DNA of 64,000 nucleotides from an uncultured virus (IMG/VR IMGVR_UViG_3300020042_009962). Lineage: Duplodnaviria > Heunggongvirae > Uroviricota > Caudoviricetes. The stretch lies in IMG/VR virus record IMGVR_UViG_3300020042_009962; one strand, written 5' to 3'. This document shows positions 26,529 to 38,000 of this stretch, in pieces (position 1 is the first letter of the stretch; every line of letters begins with the position of its first letter). The notes beneath the pieces were generated by a model. The model saw only the letters and a list, made by a program, of their open reading frames with translations, did not search any database and was not told the DNA's origin. The translations under genes and the position numbers were made by a program.

Positions 26529-27265
26529 TGAATCTTTCGGCAGAACAAATAGAAAAGAATTGGGAGAAGCATCTTAAAATAGTAGATACTTTTATAACAG
26601 GTGATCGTAAGGAGAGGTTAAAAGCTCTTTATCTCGACCTGTCCGATGAAATGATTATGGCTCCTGCCTCCGGAAAGACTTTTTACCATAATGCTTTCCC
26701 GGGAGGGTATATTGACCATGTTAATCGTGTTGTTCATTGTGCTTTAAAAACGAAAGCATTGTGGGAGGAAATGGGGACTTCTATAGATTTTACCGATGAA
26801 GAGTTAGTTTTTGCAGCTCTTAACCATGACTTAGGCAAAATAGGATCTAAAGGAAAACCTAATTACATTCAACAAACAGATAAATGGAGACAGGATAAAT
26901 TAAATGAAATGTATACCCCTAATAAGGAATTAACATTCATGCTTATCCAAGACCGTTCCCTATTTACCTTACAGCAATACAGTATAGCTCTTACTGAAAG
27001 AGAGTTCTTAGCTATTAAACTACATGACGGACTGTACGACGAAGTAAACAAACCTTACTACATATCCTTCAGTCCTGATGCTAAATTTAAAACTAATTTA
27101 GTATATATTCTTCATAATGCTGATTTCTTAGCCTCTAAAATAGAGTATGATAATTGGAAAAATGAAGGAGGATCTACAGTTAATAAAGCTGAGAAAACAA
27201 AAGCAAGTACAGGTAAAACAGTTAACGCTTCAGAGGGATTAATGAATTTAGTAAAAAATATATAA
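26528..27265 (+). CDS. HD-domain phosphohydrolase (YhaM-like)
   Basis: APAS...HNAFPGGYIDHV, ALNHDLGKIG, AIKLHDG, LHNAD. Confidence 0.85.
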   Translation: MNLSAEQIEKNWEKHLKIVDTFITGDRKERLKALYLDLSDEMIMAPASGKTFYHNAFPGGYIDHVNRVVHCALKTKALWEEMGTSIDFTDEELVFAALNHDLGKIGSKGKPNYIQQTDKWRQDKLNEMYTPNKELTFMLIQDRSLFTLQQYSIALTEREFLAIKLHDGLYDEVNKPYYISFSPDAKFKTNLVYILHNADFLASKIEYDNWKNEGGSTVNKAEKTKASTGKTVNASEGLMNLVKNI

Positions 27266-27268
27266 AGA

Positions 27269-27562
27269 ATGGAAATCTTATTAATAGTATCAGTTGTTCT
27301 TATTTTAGTTTTAAGTTATGTGATTTACAACTTAAACCGGAAAGTAATTAAGCAAGAAGATATCCTAGAATACCAAGTAGGTTACCTTAGAAATGTTTCG
27401 TATCTTATTAGTGAATCAAAAATTTATGTTGAACAATTAGATGAGAAAGGTACATTTAGGTCAGACGACGAAGTTGGAGTCTTCTTTAATTTTATGAAAG
27501 AAATACAAGAAACGATAAATGCCTACCGCCTCCCAGAAGACTATGGCAAAACCACCAAATAA
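27269..27562 (+). CDS. N-terminally anchored membrane protein
   Basis: Hydrophobic N-terminus; FRSDDEVGVFF. Confidence 0.65.
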   Translation: MEILLIVSVVLILVLSYVIYNLNRKVIKQEDILEYQVGYLRNVSYLISESKIYVEQLDEKGTFRSDDEVGVFFNFMKEIQETINAYRLPEDYGKTTK

Positions 27563-28241
27563 AGACAATTATTACTTTACACAAGAGACAGAGGACGCAA
27601 TCGTAAGATATAACGCATCCTCTGATCCTGTTTACAGAGATACAGTATTTAAGAAAGAAATATACCACCCGCTATATAAGTTAGCAGAGAATATTATACA
27701 TACCTTTAAGTTCTACTACCTAGATGTAGATAGTATAGAAGATTTAAAATTGGATGTAGTTAGTATGCTTGTAGAGGAGAAGCTTCATAGATTTGACGCT
27801 ACCAATGGAGCAAAAGCTTTTTCTTACTTTCAAACAATAGTAAAGAGATGGCTTATAAATTACAATAACCGTAACTATAAAAAACTAAAACAGGTAGGTT
27901 CTTTTGAAGAAATGGAAGACTCTTACGAAGTAGAGGGATCTCCAGACTCAGAAAGAAGAGTAACTTTAGCAGTGATAGTAAATATTTTTATTGAAAATAG
28001 TTACGATAGTATAGAAGAGCTTTTCCCTAAAGAACAAGATCAAAGAGTAGCAGATGCTATACTTACCCTATTTAGAACTCGTCATGATTTAGAAATTTTT
28101 AGAAAGAAAGCTCTGTACATCTACATAAGGGAGATGACCGACTGCGAAACTCCTACACTTACCAAGGTGATTTCAAAACTAAAAGAAGAATTCTATAAAA
28201 TATATAAATCTTACCAAGATGCAGGTTTCTCCATTCAATAA
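27543..28241 (+). CDS. phage RNA polymerase sigma factor (T4 gp55-like, late transcription)
   Basis: NYYFT, KLAENII..F, FDAT.GAKAFSYFQTIVKRWLI resembles the gp55 FD..K...FAYFT.I motif. Confidence 0.7.
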   Translation: MAKPPNKDNYYFTQETEDAIVRYNASSDPVYRDTVFKKEIYHPLYKLAENIIHTFKFYYLDVDSIEDLKLDVVSMLVEEKLHRFDATNGAKAFSYFQTIVKRWLINYNNRNYKKLKQVGSFEEMEDSYEVEGSPDSERRVTLAVIVNIFIENSYDSIEELFPKEQDQRVADAILTLFRTRHDLEIFRKKALYIYIREMTDCETPTLTKVISKLKEEFYKIYKSYQDAGFSIQ

Positions 28242-28274
28242 CATATCTACAGATATTTATATAATAAATAGACT

Positions 28275-28625
28275 ATGGGATTAGAGACAACAATATTTGG
28301 AAAAAAGACCGTTTCTGATGTTTTAAAGGAAATTTACGACAATTCTAAGAATAAAGAGAAACAAATCAACGCTCTTATAGGAGAGTTAAAACCTCTTGTT
28401 GAGAACATAGGAGATGCAACTTTAGTTGTTCCTATGATAAAAGAGTATTTAGAGGTTGGAGTAAAGAATGATGAGCATCTTATTAAAATGGTAGCACTTG
28501 TTCAAAGACTTGAAGGAGGAGCAAAAGGGTCGGAGTCAGACTTCTTTAACCCTGAAGAGCTTGCAAAGCTAATGGAACAGAGTGAAGAACTAGGAAAACA
28601 GTTAGATAAAAAAGACGGAGAATAA
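28275..28625 (+). CDS. hypothetical protein
   Basis: ORF behind TATTTAT at the start of the structural block. Confidence 0.65.
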   Translation: MGLETTIFGKKTVSDVLKEIYDNSKNKEKQINALIGELKPLVENIGDATLVVPMIKEYLEVGVKNDEHLIKMVALVQRLEGGAKGSESDFFNPEELAKLMEQSEELGKQLDKKDGE

Positions 28626-29764
28626 TGGCGAGTAAATCACATTTTACACCCAGTAAAGGCTCTTCAGGAAGCTCTACAGGAGGATCATCATCAGGAGGAC
28701 AGTTTGGAAGAGTGGTAAGTACTATTCTATCCATAAACGATCCTAACTGTAAAGACCCTTCTATGTTAAATGGAGTATTTTACAAATTCCCTAAAATACC
28801 AGGAGACGAAAGTCAAATAGATACTTTACAATTTGCATATCAAGGAAGCTCTACAATGAGGGTTATTCCTATGGAAGGTGAGATGGTTCAAATAGAATCA
28901 GCACCAGGAGCTAATAGTATAGGAACTCCAGGAGCAACAGTAAAATACTGGACTAAAATAGTAAATATTTGGAACTCCCCTCACCATAATGCAGCTCCAG
29001 ATACAAAGCAAGATGGATGGCAAGACAGGTTAATTGGAGGAGCTAAGGAAGTAGGTAATATAAACCCCTTACAAGCAGCACCAGGAGATACTCTAATAGA
29101 AGGTAGATTAGGGCAGTCTATAAGATTTGGAGGTAATAAAGGAATAGACTCTACCTTAATAGGAGATTCTAACAACGGAAGCCCTTTAATTATTATAAGT
29201 AATGGACAAATTGTTACAGATAATGGAATAGATCCTATAGAAGAAAATATAAATGATGATTTTAACTCTTTATATTTTACATCAAAACACGTAATTCCTC
29301 TTAAAGCTATTAACATAAAAAGAGATTCTTATGATGTACAGCCTATAACTTCAGATAAGTATCTAGGAAACCAAGTACTACTAAACGGAGGAAGACTTTT
29401 CTTCAATGCAAAAGAAGATAGTGCTTTTATCTCAGCTAAAGAATCTATAGGGTTAAACGCAAAAACATTAAATCTAGATGCAGAAACCTATTTCTGTGTT
29501 GATGCAAAAAAAATATATTTAGGAGTAAAAGCAAGAACTGCAGGAACGAAAGAACCGGTAATTTTAGGTAGACAATTAGAGAATTGGATGAATTCTTTAT
29601 TAGATGCACTAAGTAGTGTAGCTTCAGCTCTATCATCTGCAGCAGCAGTAAGTGGAGGACCGGTAACACAGTTAAACGCTGTAGGTCCTGAATTACAAGC
29701 AGTAGTAAAGAACTTACGTACTCAGATAAGAAAATTTCAATCAAATAAAGTATTCACTGAGTAA
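28625..29764 (+). CDS. baseplate hub/central spike-like protein
   Basis: IPMEGEMV OB-like N-terminus, GDTLIEGRLGQSIRFG, C-terminal EPVILG; upstream of gp25/gp6 homologues. Confidence 0.55.
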   Translation: MASKSHFTPSKGSSGSSTGGSSSGGQFGRVVSTILSINDPNCKDPSMLNGVFYKFPKIPGDESQIDTLQFAYQGSSTMRVIPMEGEMVQIESAPGANSIGTPGATVKYWTKIVNIWNSPHHNAAPDTKQDGWQDRLIGGAKEVGNINPLQAAPGDTLIEGRLGQSIRFGGNKGIDSTLIGDSNNGSPLIIISNGQIVTDNGIDPIEENINDDFNSLYFTSKHVIPLKAINIKRDSYDVQPITSDKYLGNQVLLNGGRLFFNAKEDSAFISAKESIGLNAKTLNLDAETYFCVDAKKIYLGVKARTAGTKEPVILGRQLENWMNSLLDALSSVASALSSAAAVSGGPVTQLNAVGPELQAVVKNLRTQIRKFQSNKVFTE

Positions 29765-30900
29765 TGGCAGAAACAGGTAATACCCCGGAAGAAAGGTTAG
29801 CTAGAGCAAATGTAGCAATAGTTACCGCTCTTGCTAAAAAAGAGCAGGCATATGAGAAACTCGCTAAAGCACAAGATGCTATAGAAAGAGGTAAGAAGTT
29901 TGCAGCTTCTCAAGGTAGACTCTCAAACGTAACAGCAGCATTAGAAAAAGCAGAAGCTGCTAAAGCACAGTTTCAAGAAACAGTAGCTAAATTTGAAGCT
30001 GCAAAAGCCAAAGCAGAAGCAGCTGCAGCAAAAGCTAAGGAGCTTAGAAGAAGGTTAGAAGAAACTAGAGCAGCATTAAAAGCAGCAGGACCTTCCGTAA
30101 AGGGAATAGCAGGAGTGATAGCAACTCAAATAGGGGGAATGCGTGGTAAACTCATCGCACAAATTCAGCAAAGAGTTTTAGAGATGTTAACTAAGTTTTT
30201 AAATGAATGCCCTAATGCTAAGGAAGTTCAAAAGATTATAAAAACTAAAAATAACTTAACAAAAAATATAACTGCTTTTCAAAAAAGAGCCCAACAATTT
30301 AAAAGTACAGCAAGTAGTCTAATAGGAGTAGCTAGGACAGTTAAAACAGCTATAACTATCATAAAGAACATACCGACCCCAACCGCTATTATACCAGGAC
30401 AGATAGGAGGACTAGGGGTTCCTATGAACATCCTTAACAGGTATGCAGATAAATTAATACAGTTAGATAAGCTTGTAGACAGGTATACTAATGAAGGAAA
30501 CGCAATATTATCAACAGTAGACGGTATATTGCCTGCAATTGAAAATGTTAAAAATAGGTTGAATTCTATAGATATAGCAATACAGCAATGTAGTAGTGAT
30601 TCTGCATCAGCAGCAGACCTATCTTCAATATTATTAACAGCTCAACCAGTAGGTAACACAGGAGTAAATGGAACCCCTATAGACCCCTTATCTGGAGAAC
30701 CAGATCCGAAATACACTTATAAAGGGTATACATTAGCAATTTTACAAGACCCAAATTCCCCAAAAATTGCACCAAGAAGGTATGCTGTAGCGAAAGACGG
30801 AAGAGGAGTAATTGTGTTAAAAGGACAGCCATCTTTTAGTTCTTCTACAGATGTGTTACTGGATGAAGTTAAATTTAGAATAGATAATCAATTACCATAA
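29764..30900 (+). CDS. putative structural protein with Ala/Lys coiled coil
   Basis: ORF in baseplate cluster. Confidence 0.55.
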   Translation: MAETGNTPEERLARANVAIVTALAKKEQAYEKLAKAQDAIERGKKFAASQGRLSNVTAALEKAEAAKAQFQETVAKFEAAKAKAEAAAAKAKELRRRLEETRAALKAAGPSVKGIAGVIATQIGGMRGKLIAQIQQRVLEMLTKFLNECPNAKEVQKIIKTKNNLTKNITAFQKRAQQFKSTASSLIGVARTVKTAITIIKNIPTPTAIIPGQIGGLGVPMNILNRYADKLIQLDKLVDRYTNEGNAILSTVDGILPAIENVKNRLNSIDIAIQQCSSDSASAADLSSILLTAQPVGNTGVNGTPIDPLSGEPDPKYTYKGYTLAILQDPNSPKIAPRRYAVAKDGRGVIVLKGQPSFSSSTDVLLDEVKFRIDNQLP

Positions 30901-30917
30901 CATAACTATTTATTAAT

Positions 30918-31334
30918 ATGAAGTTAGACTTATTAAAAAAACTAATCAAAGAAGCTGTGAGTGAAGCAGTTCGAGAGGAATTAGCTAAAATTCTTTCTGA
31001 AGATGTAAAACCTATTTCAAGTGCACCGGTAGTGCAACAAATAACGAAGTATGCAGAGCATAGACCAGTTGTTGCTAGACCAGCTCCTACAGGTAATCCA
31101 ATTATGGATTTAATGAATGAAACAAAACATTCAATGACCCAAGGAGAGTACCAGAACTTAGTAAGTGCAACATCTGATATGGTATCAGCACAGGGATTAG
31201 GTATGAACCCTATAGAGAATTTCAGACAAGGTCCAGAACCAGGGTTAGATATCACACAGTTTGATTTTATGATGAGAGCAGGAGATGTATATAAAGCATC
31301 AGTACAAAAAGATAAAGAAAAATTCGGAGCATAA
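30918..31334 (+). CDS. hypothetical virion-associated protein
   Basis: MKLDLLKKLIKEAVSEAVREE leader; TATTTAT upstream. Confidence 0.6.
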   Translation: MKLDLLKKLIKEAVSEAVREELAKILSEDVKPISSAPVVQQITKYAEHRPVVARPAPTGNPIMDLMNETKHSMTQGEYQNLVSATSDMVSAQGLGMNPIENFRQGPEPGLDITQFDFMMRAGDVYKASVQKDKEKFGA

Positions 31335-31744
31335 TGGCATTTAACGTACAGAAGATATATCCAATAGATCTACAACCTAGAAAAGCAGTTGGCGTTAGCC
31401 TTCCATTCTCTTCTAAAGCTGTATTCAATTCTACGTACACAACTCAAGATGCTTTAAAATCTAATTTAATCAACTTCTTCCTAACAGGTAGACAAGAAAG
31501 GTTTTTAAACCCAAATTTTGGAACAAACCTAAGAGCATTACTGTTCAATCAAATGACACCAGATACTCGAGAGGAGATTCAAATAGAGGTTAGGAGGGGA
31601 ATAGCAGACTGGTTTCCAAACATTACAATAGAACAACTATTAGTAGAGGAAGCACCAGACACACATACAGTTACTATCTACATAAAATATAGTGTAGATC
31701 AGACAAATATACAAGACGAATTGTTAATTAATTTCGAACAATAA
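31334..31744 (+). CDS. baseplate wedge/sheath initiator (gp25-like)
   Basis: LINFFLT..QERFLNPNFGTNLRALLF...WFPNI. Confidence 0.85.
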   Translation: MAFNVQKIYPIDLQPRKAVGVSLPFSSKAVFNSTYTTQDALKSNLINFFLTGRQERFLNPNFGTNLRALLFNQMTPDTREEIQIEVRRGIADWFPNITIEQLLVEEAPDTHTVTIYIKYSVDQTNIQDELLINFEQ

Positions 31745-33564
31745 TGGCTCAAGATAGAGATATAAAATATGTAAATAGGGATTTTACTGATTTTAAAACC
31801 CAGTTAACTGAATACGCAAAGAATTATTTCCCAGACGCTTATAACGACTTCTCTCCAACATCACCAGGTATGATGTTTATAGAGATGGCTGCATATGTAG
31901 GTGATATTTTATCTTTCTACCAAGATACACAGCTTCAAGAAACATATTTACAATACGCTAAAAACCCTGCAAATCTATATAACCTAGCTTATATGATGGG
32001 GTATCGACCAAAAGTTACCTCAGTATCAGAAGTTGAAGTACAAGTATCATGCACAGTCCTCCCTGCTACTAATGGAGAACCAAACTGGACTACAGCCCCT
32101 CAATTAGGTGCTGGAACACAACTAGCATCAACAACAGGAGGTAATAGTAGATTTATTATAGATCAACCGGTTGATTTTGCATTCTCTAGTTCATATAACC
32201 CAACAGCAGTAGCAATTTCACAATTAGACCCTATTACATTTAATCCTAGTGAATTTATACTAACAAAAACAGCAAAAGCATATTCAGGAGAAGAAAAACA
32301 AGTAACAGAAACTATCGGTGCAGTCGAGAAGTTTAAAACAATAACCATAGCAGATACAGACATTATAGGGATATCCTCTATTGTAGACAGCAGTAATAAC
32401 ACATGGTATGAAGTTCCTTTTCTAGGTCAAGATACAATATTTAAAGACACTCCTAATGCAGGTACCGACAGTAATATATCACCTTATTTATTAAGTCTAG
32501 AAAAAGTACCAAGAAGATTTGTGACTAGGTTTAACTCTACAGGCCAATTACAGATACAGTTTGGATCAGGAGTAACAGGAGGGGATGACTCTGTCATTAC
32601 ACCAGACCCTACAAACATAGGACTAGGACTTACACCTTCTAATATTAATATCGATTACGCATATGACCCGTCTAACTTCCTAGTAACACAGACATACGGT
32701 TTAGCTCCCTCTAATACTACACTTACAATTAAATACCTTGTAGGAGGAGGAGTAACTGCTAATGTACCTGCAAATACAATTACAACCGTAATAACTAAGT
32801 ACCCATTAGGAAATACAACTAGACAATCAACAGTAGCTTTTACTAACCCTAGAGCAGCATCTGGAGGAAGAGACGGAGATACAGTAGAAGAGTTAAGAGA
32901 AAATGCTTTAAAATCATTTAACGAACAAGGAAGAACAGTTACTTTACAGGATTATATAGTAAGGTCTCTATCACTCCCTGCCAAGTACGGATCAATTGCA
33001 AAAGTATATGTAGCACAAGATCAACTATCAAACCCTAACTCTAAAACAGATACAATAATAGACAGTAATCCACTCTCTCTTTCTATCTATACGTTAGCAT
33101 ATGATAATAACGGAAATTTCATACAAACAACACCAAGCCTACGTAATAACTTAAAAACGTATTTATCACAATATATAATGTTAACAGACGCTATCAATAT
33201 TAAAGATGCATTTGTAGTAAATATTGGTGTAAATTTTGATATAATAGTAAGACCAAACTACTCAGGTAGAGACGTACTACTTGCTTGTACAAATGTACTG
33301 AAAGATTATTTTAGTAATAAAAAATGGAATATAAACCAACCTATTAACCTCTCTAGCATATACACACTTCTTGATCAAGAGAAAGGAGTACAAACAGTAC
33401 AGAAAGTAGAAATAGTTAATAATGCAGGTGGGAATTACTCCGAATATGCATACGATGTAAAAGGAGCAACTAGAAATAATATAGTATACCCTTCTTATGA
33501 TCCTATGATTTTTGAAGTAAAGTACTTAGATACAGATATTAAAGGAAGAATAACAACATTATAA
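31744..33564 (+). CDS. baseplate wedge protein (T4 gp6-like)
   Basis: RDFTDFK..L..Y...F...YNDF...SPG.MFIEM.AYVGD.LSFY.D, QFGSG, GGRDGDT.EELR, QGRTVTLQDY. Confidence 0.88.
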   Translation: MAQDRDIKYVNRDFTDFKTQLTEYAKNYFPDAYNDFSPTSPGMMFIEMAAYVGDILSFYQDTQLQETYLQYAKNPANLYNLAYMMGYRPKVTSVSEVEVQVSCTVLPATNGEPNWTTAPQLGAGTQLASTTGGNSRFIIDQPVDFAFSSSYNPTAVAISQLDPITFNPSEFILTKTAKAYSGEEKQVTETIGAVEKFKTITIADTDIIGISSIVDSSNNTWYEVPFLGQDTIFKDTPNAGTDSNISPYLLSLEKVPRRFVTRFNSTGQLQIQFGSGVTGGDDSVITPDPTNIGLGLTPSNINIDYAYDPSNFLVTQTYGLAPSNTTLTIKYLVGGGVTANVPANTITTVITKYPLGNTTRQSTVAFTNPRAASGGRDGDTVEELRENALKSFNEQGRTVTLQDYIVRSLSLPAKYGSIAKVYVAQDQLSNPNSKTDTIIDSNPLSLSIYTLAYDNNGNFIQTTPSLRNNLKTYLSQYIMLTDAINIKDAFVVNIGVNFDIIVRPNYSGRDVLLACTNVLKDYFSNKKWNINQPINLSSIYTLLDQEKGVQTVQKVEIVNNAGGNYSEYAYDVKGATRNNIVYPSYDPMIFEVKYLDTDIKGRITTL

Positions 33565-33565
33565 T

Positions 33566-34675
33566 ATGGCAGTATACAGAATATTCCCGGAAAAAGATAC
33601 ATTTATATCAACCGAAAACGTCTTAGGAAATGCAGGTAAGGACGAAGTAATAGAACTAGGAGGATACCCAGATATCTCAGGTACCGGTCATACAAATAGA
33701 ATACTGATACAGTACAGTACTGTAGACATTAAGGATACTATAGCAAATAAAATAGGAACAGGTTCCTATAGTGCTAGTATTAATTTATACCTAGCAGATG
33801 CTTACGAATTACCAATAGAATATAATGTATATGCTTACCCGGTTTACGGAGCATGGGATAGTGGAGTTGGTAAGTTTGGAGATATTCCGACAAATAAATC
33901 TGGAGCATCTTGGCAATATAGACAATCTACAGAAACTAACGCATGGTTACTAAACTCGTACCCGCAATATGTTACAGGTTCTTACGATACCCCACTAAAT
34001 GGAGGAGGAAACTGGTATACAGCTTCTGCAGGATTTAATATGGAGTTCACACAATCGCATGCTATAAATTCCACTAACGATGTAAACGTAAATATTACAA
34101 GAGCAGTACAGCTAATAAACAGTAATACACTAACGAACAATGGGTTTATACTAAAACTCTCCGATGATATAGAGTATAATATGTCTTCCTCTATTAGACT
34201 TAAATACTATAGTGCAGACACCAATACTATCTACCCACCATTCTTAGAATTCAAATGGGATGATACTACCTACAGTACAGGATCTCTAACAGTTCTTTCA
34301 AATAGCATAGCAACGATAGGGGTAACTAATAATAAAGGAAAATACCCAGATATAGGAAAACAAAGATTTAGAATATCTGCAAAACCTAAATACCCGGTTA
34401 GAGCTTTTACAACCTCTTCAGTATATCTAAAAAATTACGCTCTTCCAACAGCTTCATACTGGGGATTAAGAGATGAAAATACAGAAGAAATGGTTGTTGA
34501 TTTTGATACTAAATTTACAAAGGTTAGCTGTGATTCAACAGGACCATTTTTCGATGTGTATATGGATGGCTTGCAACCTGAGAGATATTATCGTATATTA
34601 GTAAAAACGACTTTAGATGGAAGCACTACAGTAGTAGATAACCAAAATATATTTAAAGTAGTAAGAAATGGCTAA
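33566..34675 (+). CDS. virion structural protein
   Basis: Position after gp6; beta-rich; NNGFILK..YYSADTNTIYPPFLEFKWDD. Confidence 0.6.
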   Translation: MAVYRIFPEKDTFISTENVLGNAGKDEVIELGGYPDISGTGHTNRILIQYSTVDIKDTIANKIGTGSYSASINLYLADAYELPIEYNVYAYPVYGAWDSGVGKFGDIPTNKSGASWQYRQSTETNAWLLNSYPQYVTGSYDTPLNGGGNWYTASAGFNMEFTQSHAINSTNDVNVNITRAVQLINSNTLTNNGFILKLSDDIEYNMSSSIRLKYYSADTNTIYPPFLEFKWDDTTYSTGSLTVLSNSIATIGVTNNKGKYPDIGKQRFRISAKPKYPVRAFTTSSVYLKNYALPTASYWGLRDENTEEMVVDFDTKFTKVSCDSTGPFFDVYMDGLQPERYYRILVKTTLDGSTTVVDNQNIFKVVRNG

Positions 34676-35006
34676 TGATATTCAAATAAAGAAAACAGTC
34701 TATAATAAGACTGAATTTTCTAGGATAATTGATAAAAGTTTTAAGACTTACACTCAACCTATACCAGAAGAAGATACAGATACTCCTGAAGAGCTATTCA
34801 GATTATATGAAAAACTGTACTTTGTGATTGATATAGAAGGAGAAGAAGATTCACATGAATATTTAATAAAAAAGAGTTCAGAATTAATATCTTATGAAAG
34901 AAATACAGAAGATATACAGCCGCTATTAGATGAAATAGCACAATTAAGAGTTCAATTATTACAAGCAAACCAGCAAATTCTTGACCTGGAAACAAAAGTA
35001 AACTAG
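34668..35006 (+). CDS. hypothetical structural-region protein
   Basis: ORF with C-terminal coiled coil. Confidence 0.6.
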   Translation: MANDIQIKKTVYNKTEFSRIIDKSFKTYTQPIPEEDTDTPEELFRLYEKLYFVIDIEGEEDSHEYLIKKSSELISYERNTEDIQPLLDEIAQLRVQLLQANQQILDLETKVN

Positions 35007-38000
35007 ATGGCACAAATAAAGTACACAGCTAATAGAGATATACCGGGAAATATAGCAGGTGTTGAGAAATATTCAACAGAAGATACTCAGTTAATTTCTT
35101 CTTTTGAAGTAAATAGCTCTTTTGATACTTCTAGACATTTTGTAGAGTTACACCTTTTATCCTTAAGTGATGATATTCTCTTTAGTGAATATGACTACAC
35201 AGGATTTAAGCAGTTAGGAAATGCTCAATCTGCAGGACAGGATGGAGCATCAGTACTTACTATAGATCCAATTCAAGATAGTCTATCGTATGATTTTAAT
35301 AACGGAGGTGTAAAGCTACTCTACCACTTCCTAAACGACTTATTTACAGACACTTCAGACTCCACAGAGTTATATATTCAAGATATCTCACCTGATAGAA
35401 CTGAGTTAAAACTTGCTTCACTAACAATATCTCCAGAAAACTTAACAAGATTTGCCTCTAACGTAAAAACTAAGTTAGAGAGTGAAGCTTTCTTTAATGA
35501 ATTTAGATTAAATTTTGGAGATAACGATCTATTAATAGGTATCAATATAGATACCCTAGATAGTGGAATAGAGAAAGTAGTTACAGTTAGATTATACGAA
35601 CCATTACCTGCTACCTACGGAATAAAGAGTAAACTAAGAGTAGTAGAGTTAGTAGCAGATTCTGTTGCATACGAAGTAGATTCTGAAACAAAACAAGAAG
35701 AAGTATCACTCCCTACCTTAAAACCTGCCAATTTTAATCTAGAAATACAGGATAATAATATAATACCTACCCAGTATTTAAACTATGATGAATTATTTAG
35801 CTACCCTATAAGTAATGCAAATAGCGAACTATTCTCTTTATTTAACGAAAAAGGAGTAGAGGTAAGTATAGATCATACACTTTATAGTGACTTTGTTCAT
35901 TTCTCATCAGCTCAAGAAAGGTTGATGAATTTTAAATATAAATTAGATTTAGTAAACTCTTACTCTGCTAGCTTGGCTGCAATAAGTACTCAAACAGTAG
36001 GTCTTCAGGGAATATCTGGAAGTAGTACTTATTATAAGAATCTAATGGAAGGAGTTGTAAGTAACTTTGATCATTATGAGAGATTTCTTTATTATGAATC
36101 TGGAAGTACTAGCTGGCCAAAATATAACAATACAAAACCTTACCGCAACCAAGTAAGTACTACAAACGAATCTGTTCTTTGGTATTCAAATCAAGTAGCA
36201 GAAGCTATTTCTTATGACAACACCAACTACAGTTCATTAGTATATTCAATACCTACTTACTTAAGAGAGGATGAAAATAATGAGAATTACTTGACCTTCA
36301 TTCATATGATCGGTCAGCATTTCGATAACTTATGGTTATATGCAGATGCAGTGACAGATAAGTATGATGCTGATAATAGGTTAAATAAAGGTATTTCAAA
36401 AGATTTAGTTGGAGAAGCGTTAAAGAATTTTGGAGTTAAATTATATACCTCAAACAAGTCTATTGAAGATTTATTCTCAAGCTTTGTAGGACAGGGTTAT
36501 GTTTCTGGAAGTGAAATTATTAACAACTACATAACAGGTTCTTTAATAGGATCTAATACTCCTATTGAACCATCTTCTTTTGACAATTATCAAAAAGAGA
36601 TACAAAAGAGAATCTACCATAACCTTTCTTACCTACTAAAAACAAAAGGTACAGAGAGAGGATTGAGAGCACTTATTAACTGTTTTGGTATTCCTTCAAA
36701 TATTTTAGAAATAAAACAATACGGAGGAAGAAATACAGATGAAAGACCTTTTTATGGAGATTACCAATACTACACAAGTTCTTTAAGTAAAGTTAGAACC
36801 GACCATACAGGTAGCATTATATCAGGAAGTACCTTATCAAGCCATACATCAATAATAAAAAGGGATAATAAGTATACAGATGACTTGCATGTTGTTGAAG
36901 TAGGATTTTCTCCTACTGATAATGTAGATAAGTATATAATAAGTAAACAAACCTGTAACGTACACAGTATATCCAATACAAGTCTATCTACAGCACTTTT
37001 TAGTTATATAAACTGTACAACTTTTTCTACAATAGTTTCAACAATTAATGCAGGAACTACCACACTAATAACTGCAATATCAGGGTCATTAATTTTTAAT
37101 ACTCCAAGCCAAGTAACCGTAACAGTACAAGGACCTTCCCCTACCAGCTTTAATATAGACAACTATATAGGAGATCCAAGTAACCTGACACTTCCGAACT
37201 ACCAAGGGCTTTACCAAGTAGCAGAAGATATATTAGGGAATTTAGATCAATACGATGTAAGAGCATATGTTAGGTTAATTAAATTTTTTGATAACGTAAT
37301 CTTTAAAATGGTTAAAGACTTTGTACCTGCTAGAGTAGTAGCAGATACAGGAATTATTATTAAACCAAATTTACTTAATAGATCAAAAGCTAAATCAATA
37401 ACACCCTCAGTTGCCCCAATTACATCTGCATCAATAGATAATGCATTTAACTATACATCATCTATAGATACAGCTTTTATAGAAGGAAAAAACGGAGGAT
37501 CATTTAGATCAGGTTCATCAGAATATAGTACTAATCATAGAAAATACGTGAAAGGGCTTACGTCAACACGCTTAGAAAGATCAGTTCGTGATGAATCTCC
37601 TAAGTTTACAGGAGAGCTTACAGGAAGTCAAATCACTTTATCAACAGGAGAATTAAATGTAGCAAATTTATTTAAACAAACAGATAATAGTAAAACCTAC
37701 TACCATGTTCAGTTATACGAAGGAATACCTAATACAGTGTGTTTACTTACCAATACAAACCAAACTGTAGGTATCGTAAATGGAGGAGTTACAGTTAACT
37801 TTTCAACAATATTTCCTCTAGCAAATGCAGGAACACAGTATACTGTAAACGGAACTGCAGTACAGGGAGGTTCTTATACCTTCCCTAATCAACCTCAATA
37901 CGACCCCTACACTATAGTAGCAACTACCCCAAACCTATATACCAACCCACCAACCAATACCATACCGTGCTCTGCAACAAAAATCGTAAGAGTAGTAAAC

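Noticed and set aside
12460..35009. TAG recoding or read-through (in-frame TAG-ATG junctions at 12460-12465 and 35004-35009)
   Set aside because: Long conserved genes are intact in code 11 with no internal TAG or TGA, and each downstream ORF has its own ATG; tight packing explains the junctions.
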